Source: an uncultured Nitrospirales bacterium (GTDB lineage Bacteria; Hydrogenedentota; Hydrogenedentia; Hydrogenedentales; JAGMZX01). Taken from it: 64,000 nucleotides of DNA. Both the position numbers and the translations under genes were made by a program. The notes under the pieces are model-generated. The model did no database searches, was not told where the DNA came from, and was given only the letters and a program-made list of their open reading frames with translations. Location of the stretch: positions 151,368 through 215,367 of the forward strand of contig CAZMVU010000001.1 in the NCBI GenBank assembly GCA_964569295.1. The letters run 5' to 3'. Below are positions 48,531 to 58,464 of this stretch, one piece after another; the stretch's first letter is position 1; each line of letters starts with the position of its first letter.

Positions 48531-49739
48531 CTAGCGGGGTTTCTTGCGCGCTTCGTTACGCGTGATCACCTGTTCAACCTGCTCAATGCGGGTATCGAGG
48601 AACCGCATCAGCCTCTCGTGCAGGGCGGGGTTCGCCGCCGCCACAAGCGACTGATGGTTGTTCTCCGAGCTGTCCAGCAACAGCACGTCATCGAAGCGTT
48701 CGCCGTAGGCATCCGTCACCACACACCCCGCCTCCTCGGCGATGAGGAGCGCGGCCGCCATGTCGTAGGGGCAGATACCCAGCACATGGCCGCGGCCGGC
48801 GTTGATATACTGATCACGCACGAGTTCCGGAATATCGCGCATATAACGGCTGGCAAAATCCACACAGGCATCGAGCTGGTTGGTCAGCAGGCGGGTCAAG
48901 CTGAATGACGTGCTGTTGCAAGCGAAGAAACCGCCCTTCAAACTGCTCACATCGATGAGCTTGGCCGCGGTTTGGAATACCAGTTCCGCCGGACGGGCCG
49001 GCACGGTCATGGTCCACGACATGGTTTCGAGATCGTGGTTTTCAGAGAGCTTCGGCTTGCGGTTCGAGTTGCCCACGTAAATACGCGCACCCTTCCCGCG
49101 CTCGGCATAGAAGGCGCGGTCGTGCATCACTTCCATTACGCAGGCATTGTCCACATCCGCCATGGTGGGACGCTCGATAACGCGCGTGCTCGCCACGGCG
49201 ACGACACACCCCTCGAAGCCGCAGCGCGCCGCCCGGCTGCCATCGATGGGATCCACCAAGAGCAGGTAATCCGGCTGCGCGGTGCTGAACGTCGAGTACC
49301 CGGCATCTTCCGAATAATAAGCCACGGACGCCTTGCTCCGCTTGAGAAAGTTGAGTAAGGCCTTCTCAGCCACCTTGTCCAGTTCAAAGGTGGCATCGCC
49401 GCTGGCGGCGGTACTTACCACATCCCGGCCTTTACCCTGCTTCACAAGCGGCGCCACGGCATCCTTGATGGTCTCCGCGAGTTCGATAAGGAACTTGCGC
49501 GGCAACACCTTGCTGGCCGTGCGGGGCCGTCCCCCACTGCGCACACTGGGCGGCGGGGTGGAGCGTTTCGCGCTTGCCTGGGCGTCTGCGTCCTTACCCG
49601 CGGCGGCCTTGGGCTTGTCCGCACGCTTGGATTTCGCGGGCGTCTGCTTGCCGGGTTTTGCCGTGGCAGTTGGCTTTTTCGCGGCATCGGCCGGCTTCTT
49701 CTTTTCTTCCGTTGACTTTTTGGAGTCGCGTTTGGCCAT
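48531..49739 (-). CDS. Inositol-monophosphatase/FBPase-family phosphatase with a roughly 90-aa histone-H1-like K/A/P-rich N-terminal tail
   Basis: IMPase-like metal-binding motifs (DPIDGS ... WDxAA-like ... ) in the C-terminal roughly 300 aa. The N-terminus is low-complexity (AKRDSKKSTEEKKKPADAAKKPTATAKPGKQTPAKSKRADKPKAAAGK ...). Confidence 0.7.
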   Translation of the reverse strand: MAKRDSKKSTEEKKKPADAAKKPTATAKPGKQTPAKSKRADKPKAAAGKDADAQASAKRSTPPPSVRSGGRPRTASKVLPRKFLIELAETIKDAVAPLVKQGKGRDVVSTAASGDATFELDKVAEKALLNFLKRSKASVAYYSEDAGYSTFSTAQPDYLLLVDPIDGSRAARCGFEGCVVAVASTRVIERPTMADVDNACVMEVMHDRAFYAERGKGARIYVGNSNRKPKLSENHDLETMSWTMTVPARPAELVFQTAAKLIDVSSLKGGFFACNSTSFSLTRLLTNQLDACVDFASRYMRDIPELVRDQYINAGRGHVLGICPYDMAAALLIAEEAGCVVTDAYGERFDDVLLLDSSENNHQSLVAAANPALHERLMRFLDTRIEQVEQVITRNEARKKPR

Positions 49740-50380
49740 TATTCCCCTTGTGCGTTCCGGACGACACGCGAAATCATACGATTCATACCACGCGCCCCGG
49801 ACGCGGGTCGCCCCGGTTTTCGCCCGTGCGTATTACACCAAGTATCGGTTCGTCGGCCGGGAGGCACCTGTTCCGCATACATGCCCTGATCCAGGCCTAT
49901 CCCCGCCGGGAAATAACGTAACAGGCTGCGGCTTTCCGGTGCATATCCGGCATGCCACCCCCGAGCGAAAGCCCGCTTCATGAGGGCGGGGGCACTTGCG
50001 AACGGGCGGAGGGCACCACAACACACGTAAGCCGGCCTGGCGATTAACCTTCACACGAAGGGCAAACCGACATCCCTGGCAACGCCTACAACTTCCATCC
50101 GCAATGCGGACCGCATGGACCGCAACGTCTTTGTTCCCCGCGATTTTAGCAGTTACGACACAAGATGTCCAGCAGGGTTTCATCAACCGCCGCCCCTGCT
50201 GCCCAGGCTCCTGCGCCACCCTGGGTAGCCGAGGCCCTACATCCCCACAAAACACGCACTCCAGAAGTCCGGCCACAAAGAGCGCTTATACGTGGGGCAT
50301 GGGTGGAAGGCTGTCTTTCTGTTTAGTGGTGTTGGTTTTTGTTGGGCTGAAAGAGAAAAACGGCCTTACCAGCCGCGCCC

Positions 50381-50734
50381 CTACTCCTTCAGCACCTGAA
50401 GCACTTCCTCTTCTAACTTTTTGAGCTGCAACGGTTTTGTGAGCACTTTGGCGGCGCCGTTATCGAGCAGGTCTGCCGCCTCATTCGGATAGCCGGTCAA
50501 TACCACGATTGGTATGTCAGGGTGCATACCATTGATAATGGCTATCGCTTTCGAGCCCGGAAGCCGCGGCATCTCAAGGTCCATCGTTATAACGTCGTAA
50601 ACGCCTGTGCGGCACTTGTCGACTGCCTGCTGTCCATCCTCCGCCATATCCACCTCAAACCCACGCAAGGTAAACCAGCGCACCAGCGCATCACGAATGC
50701 TTGCTTCATCATCTACAATTAGTATACGGTTCAT
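50381..50734 (-). CDS. Single-domain response regulator (receiver)
   Basis: REC pattern (ILIVDDE ... VITMDLEMP ... LTGY). Start at the ATG at 50734. Confidence 0.8.
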   Translation of the reverse strand: MNRILIVDDEASIRDALVRWFTLRGFEVDMAEDGQQAVDKCRTGVYDVITMDLEMPRLPGSKAIAIINGMHPDIPIVVLTGYPNEAADLLDNGAAKVLTKPLQLKKLEEEVLQVLKE

Positions 50735-51477
50735 GGCCCCTCTACTTCCAGCAGGTTCCAGACCAAGCCATGCGCACCTGACGCACACCCCAACCTTCCC
50801 AGCGCCAACATTCTACCATTTTCGCATTTTTCGGCCCAATCGCCTCATGCGCCGCCGAAAAACGAAGCGGCGCTACACCGCTTTCATCATCCTATAAAAC
50901 GACTCCACCAATCCCATCTACCGCGTGCAACGCCCCCTTAGCGTGCAGTGTATCACCGATCCCGTGCTCTAACCAACCCCGCAAACCGACCTACCCAATA
51001 TCTTGGACCATATACCCAGTATAACGGTTTCCAAGGCACAATGAAAACCCGCTTCAGCCCAATCGAACAATCTGCACCAACATGGAGCAACGCGCCATGG
51101 CGCCCGCGCACAGTGAGTCCAGGCGAGAGCGCTTCGACAATCCCAAGCCGCGCCCCAAGGAACCGTCTTATGTGGTGTCCCTGCCATACCCGCGCTGCGT
51201 CCTATGCCCGGCCGCCACCGCCACCGCCGCCCATGCCCATGCCCATCCCATTGCACATTGCATCCCCCTTCGGTCAGGTGGTATAAGTGCGTCGCAGGCG
51301 GGCGCACACCGCGTCCGCCCTTTTGCTGGGAAATCGGCACGCAGCCCGAGCACACACTTTTTACTTTCACGTACCAGGCGGCGCAAGCCGGCCACACACT
51401 CCCCCCCCCGGGGCGAACCGGTGCGCCGGTCTTGTGCGACGGCTTTTGTTGGCACGACGGGAGCCAGCGGCACAGCA

Positions 51478-52233
51478 ATGACCCAACCTCTTATCTTGGT
51501 AACCAACGATGACGGTATCGCGGCGCCCGGCCTCGGGCTCCTGGCCGAGGCACTCACGGAAGTCGGCGAGGTGGCCGTGTTCGCTCCGGATCGACAGCAG
51601 AGCGCGGTGGGCCATGGCGTCAGCCTGCACAAGCCGTTGCGCGTACATCAAGAGCGGGACGGCTGGTTCAGCGTGGATGGCACCCCGACGGATTGCGTGA
51701 TGCTGGCGGTGCGCCAGTTGCTCGGCCGCCGGCCAGCGCTCGTCGTTTCGGGCATCAACCAGGGGGCGAACCTCGGCGACGACGTCACTTACTCGGGCAC
51801 AGTGGCAGGCGCCTACGAGGGGATGTTGCTCGGCGTGCCGTCCTTCGCGATCTCGATGGTAAGTTACCACGCGCAGCATGTCGAGACAGCCGCCCGTTTT
51901 GCGGCGCGGCTTGCGCGCTATGTGGGCGAACAGGGCATGCCGCCGGACACCACGCTCAATGTCAATGTGCCCGACCTGCCCTATGACCAACTGGCGGGGG
52001 TGATGGTGACGCGCATGGGGCGGCGTAACTACCAGGACGATATCGTTGTGCGAAAGGATCCCCGTGGCCGGGCGTACTATTGGATCGGCGGTCCAGATCC
52101 TTCCCATTATCCAGAAGAAGGCACCGACTTCCAAGCCATCGAAAAGCAGATGGTAAGCGTGACTCCGTTGCAGCGCGACCTCACCAATCACGCCATGCTG
52201 CACCGGTTCTACGACCCCCGGATCACTTTGTAA
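51478..52233 (+). CDS. surE: 5'/3'-nucleotidase SurE
   Basis: N-terminal ILVTNDDGI motif and full-length SurE similarity. The ORF-track extension back to 51082 was rejected as a low-complexity non-coding leader. Confidence 0.9.
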   Translation: MTQPLILVTNDDGIAAPGLGLLAEALTEVGEVAVFAPDRQQSAVGHGVSLHKPLRVHQERDGWFSVDGTPTDCVMLAVRQLLGRRPALVVSGINQGANLGDDVTYSGTVAGAYEGMLLGVPSFAISMVSYHAQHVETAARFAARLARYVGEQGMPPDTTLNVNVPDLPYDQLAGVMVTRMGRRNYQDDIVVRKDPRGRAYYWIGGPDPSHYPEEGTDFQAIEKQMVSVTPLQRDLTNHAMLHRFYDPRITL

Positions 52234-52243
52234 GGAACATGCG

Positions 52244-53113
52244 ATGTTCAGATGGATTCGTAAGCTCTATGACTGGGTGCTCAGTTGGGCGAACACCCCC
52301 TACGGCGCCGTGGCCCTGGCAATTCTCGCTTTTTCGGAGGCAAGCTTTTTCCCGATTCCGCCCGATGTGCTGCTCATCGCGTTGTGCGTGGGCCAACGGC
52401 AAAAGGCTCTGTGGTTCGCCGGCGTATGCGCGATAGCGTCACTCTTTGGCGGCGCCATGGGCTACCTCATCGGGTGGGGATTCTGGGAGGCGACACACCA
52501 GTTCTTCTTCACGAATGTGCCCGGCTTTACCGAAGGGCAGTTCGCGCGGGCGCAAGCGCTGTACACCGAATACGATTTCTGGATCGTCTTTGTGGCCGCG
52601 TTTACGCCGATTCCCTACAAAATCATCACCATCACGGCGGGCGTGTGCGTAATCAACTTCCCCATGTTCATGATCGCGTCCGTGGTCGGGCGCTCGGCAC
52701 GCTTCTTCCTCGTGGCCACGCTCATCTATTTTTTCGGCGCGCCCATCCGGAATTTTATCGAAGCACGCTTCAATACCCTCACGGTACTCTTCGTTATACT
52801 GCTGGTGGGCGGGTTCATCGCCATCGAACGCTTTGGCCATGAGAAAGCGTACGAAGCACCGATCGAGGAACCGGGGACACCGGCGGTCACCGCACCCGGC
52901 ACGGACCTTCACGAGCCGGCCGCTATTGCCCCGGACCCCGGCGACGCCCCGCTCGTGCCGCCGCGTAAAGACCCCACGCCTGTGCAAATCCCGCCGGAAG
53001 AGACCGCGCCTCATACAACCGATAGTCCCGCGGACTCATCCGCCCAACCAGAGACTGCACCGGGGCCTTCGCCCGAAGAGGCACGTGAGCCGGCGCCGGA
53101 CCCCGCCCGGTAA
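52244..53113 (+). CDS. YqaA/DedA-like (VTT-domain) membrane protein with a proline-rich acidic C-terminal tail
   Basis: The N-terminal roughly 190 aa resembles E. coli YqaA-type small membrane proteins. The last roughly 90 aa is a P/E/A-rich low-complexity region. Confidence 0.6.
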   Translation: MFRWIRKLYDWVLSWANTPYGAVALAILAFSEASFFPIPPDVLLIALCVGQRQKALWFAGVCAIASLFGGAMGYLIGWGFWEATHQFFFTNVPGFTEGQFARAQALYTEYDFWIVFVAAFTPIPYKIITITAGVCVINFPMFMIASVVGRSARFFLVATLIYFFGAPIRNFIEARFNTLTVLFVILLVGGFIAIERFGHEKAYEAPIEEPGTPAVTAPGTDLHEPAAIAPDPGDAPLVPPRKDPTPVQIPPEETAPHTTDSPADSSAQPETAPGPSPEEAREPAPDPAR

Positions 53114-53119
53114 TGCGCC

Positions 53120-54850
53120 ATGCGTAGGGAGGATGTGCCCCGGCAACCTGTCCTCGCCCTCATGGTCTGCTTCGAAGGCGCCCGTCTGATAGCGCTGGGT
53201 GGTGCGGCCTATCTCTTTGGCGTGGTGCTCGGTGCATGGGGCTATATGCCTGTACACGCGCTGCTCGCCCTTTGTGGCCCCGCAGCACTCGCGTGGGCCA
53301 CGCCGCTGGCCGGTGTGGCGCAGGTCTACTTCACGGCCTTCCCGGCCAACTTCCCCCCCGAAACGGCCGCCGCCGCAGTCGAAGCGGGTACCATTCTCCT
53401 GCTCTATGTCCTCGGCCACCGGCAACCGTCCCCGGCTTTCCGCTGGCTCGCACGCCACAAACCGCTGGCGGCACGCCGCCTCCTCCGCTTCGCTCTCGCG
53501 GCCCTCCTCCTCACAGCCCTGCTGCGTTTCATGCCCGGCATCGCGCATGTGCTTTGGGCGTTCGCTGTGCTCCTTTTGCTGCGAAGCGCGCCCCCTGCCC
53601 CGCCCGTAACACCGGCGCGCCGGCGCGAGATGCTATTGTCCGGCGCGCTATTCGCTACTTCCTGCTTGCTGGCTGTCGCGGTCATCGAGTTGACCTTGCA
53701 GCTTGCCATTGACCGGCCACGGGATACCGTACGCTCGATTCGCCAGGAACATCCCACGCGTTTCTGGCACTACCTGCCGAATGAAACCGGCCGTTACGGC
53801 CATCGGCCCCACCTCAAGGAGCGTTACCAGAACACCTTCTTCCGCACGAACGCCCTTGGCCTGCGCGGGCGCGAATACGGCCCCAAGCGGCGCAGCGAAT
53901 ACCGCATCGTCATGCTGGGCGACTCCTATGTGTTGGGGTGGCGCTTGCCCGAGACACAGTCCATTCCGCAGCAACTCGAGCGCATCCTCGCCGACACCCG
54001 TCTCAACAAGTCCGTGACCGTCGTCAATGCAGGCATCGCCGGGTATGGCCCCTGGCAAGCGCGCGACCTGCTCCACGAGATCGGCTTCGCCCTCGAACCC
54101 GATCTGGTGCTGCACGGGGTTTTTCCCATCAACGATGTGCAGGACACGCTGCTACGCGAAGGCCGGGTGCTGCGCGCATACACGCCGGAAGGCGTCCGCG
54201 ACCGTTTGCAGACTCGTTACCGCAGCATGTGGAGCATGCGCTTCGAGTACTGGCTGTATGAACACAGCACCATGTTCTATGTGTTGCAGAACGCCTTCGG
54301 CTGGCCGCCCCTCGGCGGACTCGGCGGCGCGCTTGCGAGTATCCGCTTTCTACCCGGCGGTCCCGTGCCCAAACTGCCCAAACCCGCAGACCGCGCCCCC
54401 AGCCTCGAGCCGGAACTCGCCGAATGGTATCCCACCCTGGAGGAAGGCTTCCTCGCCATGATCGACGATATCGCGGCAACCTGTGATGATTGCCTCAAGC
54501 GAGGCATCGGCTATGCCGCCTTTCTCATTCCGCCCGGCAACAACGTAAACCCAAATTATCTTGATTACGCTCTTATGCCAACTGAAGAACTTGGCATCTA
54601 TGAGATTGGGAAGTCGCGCCGCCTCACCAGCGAACACCTCGGGTTACGCAACGTACCCTACTGCGACATTACACCAACCCTCATGGAAGCCGACCGCGTT
54701 GATACTACGTACATACCCGGTGACGGCCACTTCTCCCCGCACGGTACCCACGCCGCCGCACAGGCCCTCGCACGTTTCCTGCTCGAAGAATACTGGCCCA
54801 TCCACCACCCTGATCTGCTGCCCGGCCGTGGCCTGCTCTTGCAGGACTGA
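53120..54850 (+). CDS. Membrane-anchored SGNH/GDSL-family hydrolase
   Basis: About 6 N-terminal TM helices, then SGNH block I (IVMLGDSYVLGW) and a DxxH-like C-terminal region (GDGHFSPHG). It starts 7 nt after the YqaA-like gene. Confidence 0.6.
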   Translation: MRREDVPRQPVLALMVCFEGARLIALGGAAYLFGVVLGAWGYMPVHALLALCGPAALAWATPLAGVAQVYFTAFPANFPPETAAAAVEAGTILLLYVLGHRQPSPAFRWLARHKPLAARRLLRFALAALLLTALLRFMPGIAHVLWAFAVLLLLRSAPPAPPVTPARRREMLLSGALFATSCLLAVAVIELTLQLAIDRPRDTVRSIRQEHPTRFWHYLPNETGRYGHRPHLKERYQNTFFRTNALGLRGREYGPKRRSEYRIVMLGDSYVLGWRLPETQSIPQQLERILADTRLNKSVTVVNAGIAGYGPWQARDLLHEIGFALEPDLVLHGVFPINDVQDTLLREGRVLRAYTPEGVRDRLQTRYRSMWSMRFEYWLYEHSTMFYVLQNAFGWPPLGGLGGALASIRFLPGGPVPKLPKPADRAPSLEPELAEWYPTLEEGFLAMIDDIAATCDDCLKRGIGYAAFLIPPGNNVNPNYLDYALMPTEELGIYEIGKSRRLTSEHLGLRNVPYCDITPTLMEADRVDTTYIPGDGHFSPHGTHAAAQALARFLLEEYWPIHHPDLLPGRGLLLQD

Positions 54851-54892
54851 GCCTGTTCGCTGGGCAACTCGAAAGTATGCACCTTCAGATCG

Positions 54893-55420
54893 TTACGCGT
54901 CTTTCAGGGCCGCCTCGAAAGGCGTATAGGTGTCGTTACCGAAAAGAACGAAACGGATGTGGCGAATGCTGTCGTCGTTTTCGGCGAATTCCTTCACCGT
55001 CTCGACGCCAATACGGGCGGCCTCGGGGATCGGGTAGCCGTAGACGCCGCAACTGATTGCGGGAAAAGCCACCGACTTCGCGCCCAGTTCCTTCGCAACA
55101 TCGAGGCTCCGGCGGTACGCGCCGGCGAGCTTTTCCGCCTCGCCGCTGTTGCCATCACGGTAGCGGGGCCCGACGGCGTGGATGACCCACCTGGCCTTCA
55201 GATTGCCCGCCGTAGTGGCCTTGGCATCGCCCGTCGGGCAACCGCCCAGTTTGTTACACGCCTCCATGATCGCGGGGCCACCTGCGCGGTGAATCGCCCC
55301 ATCGACACCCCCGCCGCCAGCGAGATGGGCATTGGCCGCATTCACGATGGCGTCCACCTGTTCGGTCGTAATATCGCCGGAAACCACCTCGACTTGGGTC
55401 TTGTTGAATGTGCGTTCCAT
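54893..55420 (-). CDS. Macro-domain protein (O-acetyl-ADP-ribose deacetylase, YmdB/MacroD-like)
   Basis: Macro motifs (GDITTEQVDAIVNAAN ... GGGGVDGAIH ... FPAISCGVYGYP). A GGAGGAAG RBS is present. Confidence 0.88.
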   Translation of the reverse strand: MERTFNKTQVEVVSGDITTEQVDAIVNAANAHLAGGGGVDGAIHRAGGPAIMEACNKLGGCPTGDAKATTAGNLKARWVIHAVGPRYRDGNSGEAEKLAGAYRRSLDVAKELGAKSVAFPAISCGVYGYPIPEAARIGVETVKEFAENDDSIRHIRFVLFGNDTYTPFEAALKDA

Positions 55421-55730
55421 TGGTGCTTCCTCCAGTCTTTGTTACTGCCGGCCTTGCCATTGTGCCGATGATTGCGCCAGGACTCCAGCAAGCGTCTACG
55501 CACAAGTGTACGCATGTCGCGCCGGCCATCGGTGACAAGATGGATATGAACCGCCTGTTCCAGCCCTTCGTCGACAATTCCGCAAGGCTTGAAAAAGAGT
55601 TCACGGAACTCCGTGTTTCCCAGCGCGTAACTCTTTAGCCGTTTGCCGTGATACGGCGTACACCTTTCGCCAATCTGTGCCGTGATAGCGAATACCAGTC
55701 GTGCAATGGGGATGGCCATGCTGTTGACGC

Positions 55731-55758
55731 CACTTTGGACTGCGGTGGCTTGCCACCG
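55731..55758. repeat. 28-bp GC-rich hairpin-forming element (left copy) of an inverted-repeat pair
   Basis: ctttggactgcggtggcttgccaccgct. Its internal 8-bp stem is gcggtggc/gccaccgc. Confidence 0.8.
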
Positions 55759-55939
55759 CTATTGCGCGCGTGGGCTGAAGTGCATGCATTTGTCCAAGGC
55801 GGGAGAGCAACCGTACACAGTCGCCAGCGGTGTCCTTGAATCCTTCTCGGGCTCATGAGCAGGCCACTTGGGCTGGAGGCCACGGGGCTCTTTTCTCCCG
55901 GCTTGCGCGCCAGCGTCTACCCACGGCCTTTGCGGGAAA

Positions 55940-55967
55940 AGCGGTGGCAAGCCACCGCACTCCAAAG
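55940..55967. repeat. Inverted copy (27/28 identical) of the 55731..55758 element; possible sodA-strand terminator
   Basis: agcggtggcaagccaccgcactccaaag is the reverse complement of the left copy with one mismatch. On the minus strand the hairpin is followed by UUUUCCCGCAAA. Confidence 0.8.
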
Positions 55968-56124
55968 GGCGCATACAGCGTGACTCATAGCGATAACGGG
56001 AGGGCGCGCAGGGCGCTTCCACCCTTGTATGTACAACCCCGCTACGCCCCGTGCAGTACACCAAAAGAAAACGGCCGGCACGCGCGGCGCCGGCCTGAAG
56101 AATGTGACTTGCCTTGCGGCGTTG

Positions 56125-56853
56125 TTACGCCATTTTCATGGCTGTATCGAGGCGTTCGTTGACGCCTTCCCAGTTCACGACATTCCACCACGCGTTCACG
56201 TAATCCCCCCGGCGGTTCTCGTACTGCAGGTAGTAGGCGTGTTCCCACACGTCGATACCCATGATCGGCACGATGCCCCACTGGGTGAGCTTCTGCTGGT
56301 TCTCGGCCTGCAGCACCACGAGGCGCCCGTCCATGGGACGGAAATGGAGCAATCCCCAGCCACTGCCTTCGACCTTGCCCGCGGCCGCGGAGAAGTGCGC
56401 CTTCAGATGCTCGAACCCGCCGAAGTCGCGTGTAATCAACTCCGCCACCTTGCCCGCCGGTTCACCGCCGCCCCCTTTGCCCGGAGGCGCCATGACGGTC
56501 CAGAACATGCTGTGCAGATAGTGGCCGCCGCCGTTGAAGGCCGCCTTCTTTGACCAGTAGTCGATCATCCCGTAGTCGCTGGCGGCGCGTGCCTCGGCAA
56601 GCGCCTTTTCCGCCGCGTTCAGTCCGCGCACATAGCCTGCGTGGTGCTTGCTGTGGTGCAGCTCCATGATACGCGTCGAGATTACCGGTTCGAGCGCGTC
56701 ATAGGCGTACGGAAGTTCCGGGAGCTTATGTTCAGTGGCTGCGCCTGCCATCTCCGCTGCACCGGCCATGCCAGAAGCGACCGAGGCCGCCAGCCCACCG
56801 GCAGCCGCCAGACCGCCACTAGAAAAAAGAAATTCTCTGCGTGTAGTATCCAT
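56125..56853 (-). CDS. sodA: Fe/Mn-family superoxide dismutase with a twin-arginine signal peptide
   Basis: TAT signal (RREFLFSSGGLAAAGGLAA) and SOD motifs (HHSKHH ... DVWEHAYY). An AGGAGGAG RBS is present. Confidence 0.88.
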   Translation of the reverse strand: MDTTRREFLFSSGGLAAAGGLAASVASGMAGAAEMAGAATEHKLPELPYAYDALEPVISTRIMELHHSKHHAGYVRGLNAAEKALAEARAASDYGMIDYWSKKAAFNGGGHYLHSMFWTVMAPPGKGGGGEPAGKVAELITRDFGGFEHLKAHFSAAAGKVEGSGWGLLHFRPMDGRLVVLQAENQQKLTQWGIVPIMGIDVWEHAYYLQYENRRGDYVNAWWNVVNWEGVNERLDTAMKMA

Positions 56854-57172
56854 GAGACTCCTCCTAATACCAATTCACCCAGGTCTTGTTGTTCTCCGTT
56901 CTGGCCCGCACACCGACAGCCGCATGCGTGCGGCAGGTGGGCCAGGCAATTATCTTGTATAACACCAGACACCGGCCGCCTATTCCCCCGGCGTCTATCC
57001 CCTGGTCTTGCCGGCTATGGTGTACCGTACGCGTTCGCGCGGATTCTTCGCGGTCCGTCATTTGCGCGTCTGTATGCCGCATTGCTATACTTGCAAGGCT
57101 TTTCCTGCTTCAGGATTACCGAGCCCCTATTCCATTGCGCATCACCGCGCTATTCATTGAGAGGACAATGTT

Positions 57173-58327
57173 ATGCCTATCGCACCCCATGGCGGCCAAT
57201 TGGTGGACCGCTTCCTGACCGGCGATGCGCTTGCGGCCGCGCAGGACAAGGCCGGTTCCCTCGCGTCAATTCAGGTCGACGGCTACACCGCCTTCGAGAT
57301 TGACGGTATCGCCAAGGGCATTTACAGCCCGCTGACCGGTTTCATGAACGAATCCCAGGTACGCAGCGTACTCGATAACATGCTGTTGAAGCCGGGCGTG
57401 GCCTGGACCGTGCCTATTCTGCTGCATGTCTCCCAGGCCGACGGCGACAAGGTGAGCGTGGGTGAGGAGGTAGCCCTGCAGGATGAAACGGGCGCCACGG
57501 TCGCCATTATCAAGGTGACCGAGAAATTCAGCCTCGACAAGCAGGAGATCGCGAAAAAGGTCTACCGCACGACAGAAGAGGCGCACCCGGGCGTGGCCTA
57601 CACCTACAGCCACGGGCCCGTGTACCTGGCGGGCGATATCGATGTGTTGCAAGAACGCACCGTCGAGCACCAAGACTACAACCTGCCGCCAGCACAGACG
57701 CGGGCGGCTTTCAATGAGAAAGGCTGGCGCCGGGTTGTCGCGTTCCAGACCCGCAACCCGATCCACCGCGCCCACGAGTACCTTACCAAATGCGCGCTCG
57801 AGATGTGCGATGGCCTGCTCATCCACCCGCTGATGGGTACCACAAAGAGCGACGACATCCCCGGCGAGGTGCGCATGGAGTGCTACCACGCGCTCATGGA
57901 AAAGTATTACAGCCCCGCACACGTGATGCTGTCGATCATGCCGGTGAATATGCGCTACGCCGGTCCACGCGAGGCCATCATGCACGCGCTCATCCGCCAG
58001 AACTACGGCTGCACTCATTTCATCGTCGGGCGTGACCATGCGGGCGTGGGCAATTACTACGGCACCTACGACGCGCACGAGATTTTCGAAGAGCTCGAGG
58101 AGGGCAGCCTCCAGATCGAACCCCTCTTTTTTGACCACGCCTTCTACTCGAAGATCACCCACTCGATGGCCTCGAAGAAGACATGCCCCGGCGGCCCGGA
58201 GGACCACGTCTTCCTCAGCGGCACGAAGGTGCGTGAGATGCTTAAGAACGGCGAACTGCCGCCGGAAGAGTTCACCCGTCCGGAAGTAGCGAAGATTCTG
58301 GTGAAGTGGGCGCAGTCGCAACGCTGA
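57173..58327 (+). CDS. sat: Sulfate adenylyltransferase (ATP sulfurylase)
   Basis: Motifs QTRNPIHRAHE and GRDHAG, with full-length similarity. A GAGAGGA RBS is present. Confidence 0.92.
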   Translation: MPIAPHGGQLVDRFLTGDALAAAQDKAGSLASIQVDGYTAFEIDGIAKGIYSPLTGFMNESQVRSVLDNMLLKPGVAWTVPILLHVSQADGDKVSVGEEVALQDETGATVAIIKVTEKFSLDKQEIAKKVYRTTEEAHPGVAYTYSHGPVYLAGDIDVLQERTVEHQDYNLPPAQTRAAFNEKGWRRVVAFQTRNPIHRAHEYLTKCALEMCDGLLIHPLMGTTKSDDIPGEVRMECYHALMEKYYSPAHVMLSIMPVNMRYAGPREAIMHALIRQNYGCTHFIVGRDHAGVGNYYGTYDAHEIFEELEEGSLQIEPLFFDHAFYSKITHSMASKKTCPGGPEDHVFLSGTKVREMLKNGELPPEEFTRPEVAKILVKWAQSQR

Positions 58328-58464
58328 CCCGCGCGCATACGCATACCCAGTCCAGGATTCACGGGGCGGCCGCGGCATAGTGTACACGCGGCCGCCCCGC
58401 TGTTTAGGATACGGCAGCGTGGACGTTCCAGGCGTATTGGGTCCAAGAGGACACAGCCAGCACC

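Noticed and set aside
49980-50280. An RNase-P-RNA-like fragment (GGGCGGAGGG ... and AGAAGUCCGG, GUAAGCCGG)
   Set aside because: The motif pieces lie on inconsistent strands and in the wrong order and spacing relative to the RNase P P4 helices. I judge it a coincidence.
51082-51477. N-terminal extension of the surE ORF
   Set aside because: It is low-complexity, rich in His/Ala/Pro and repeats, with no homology. surE homology begins at the ATG at 51478 (MTQPLILVTNDDG).
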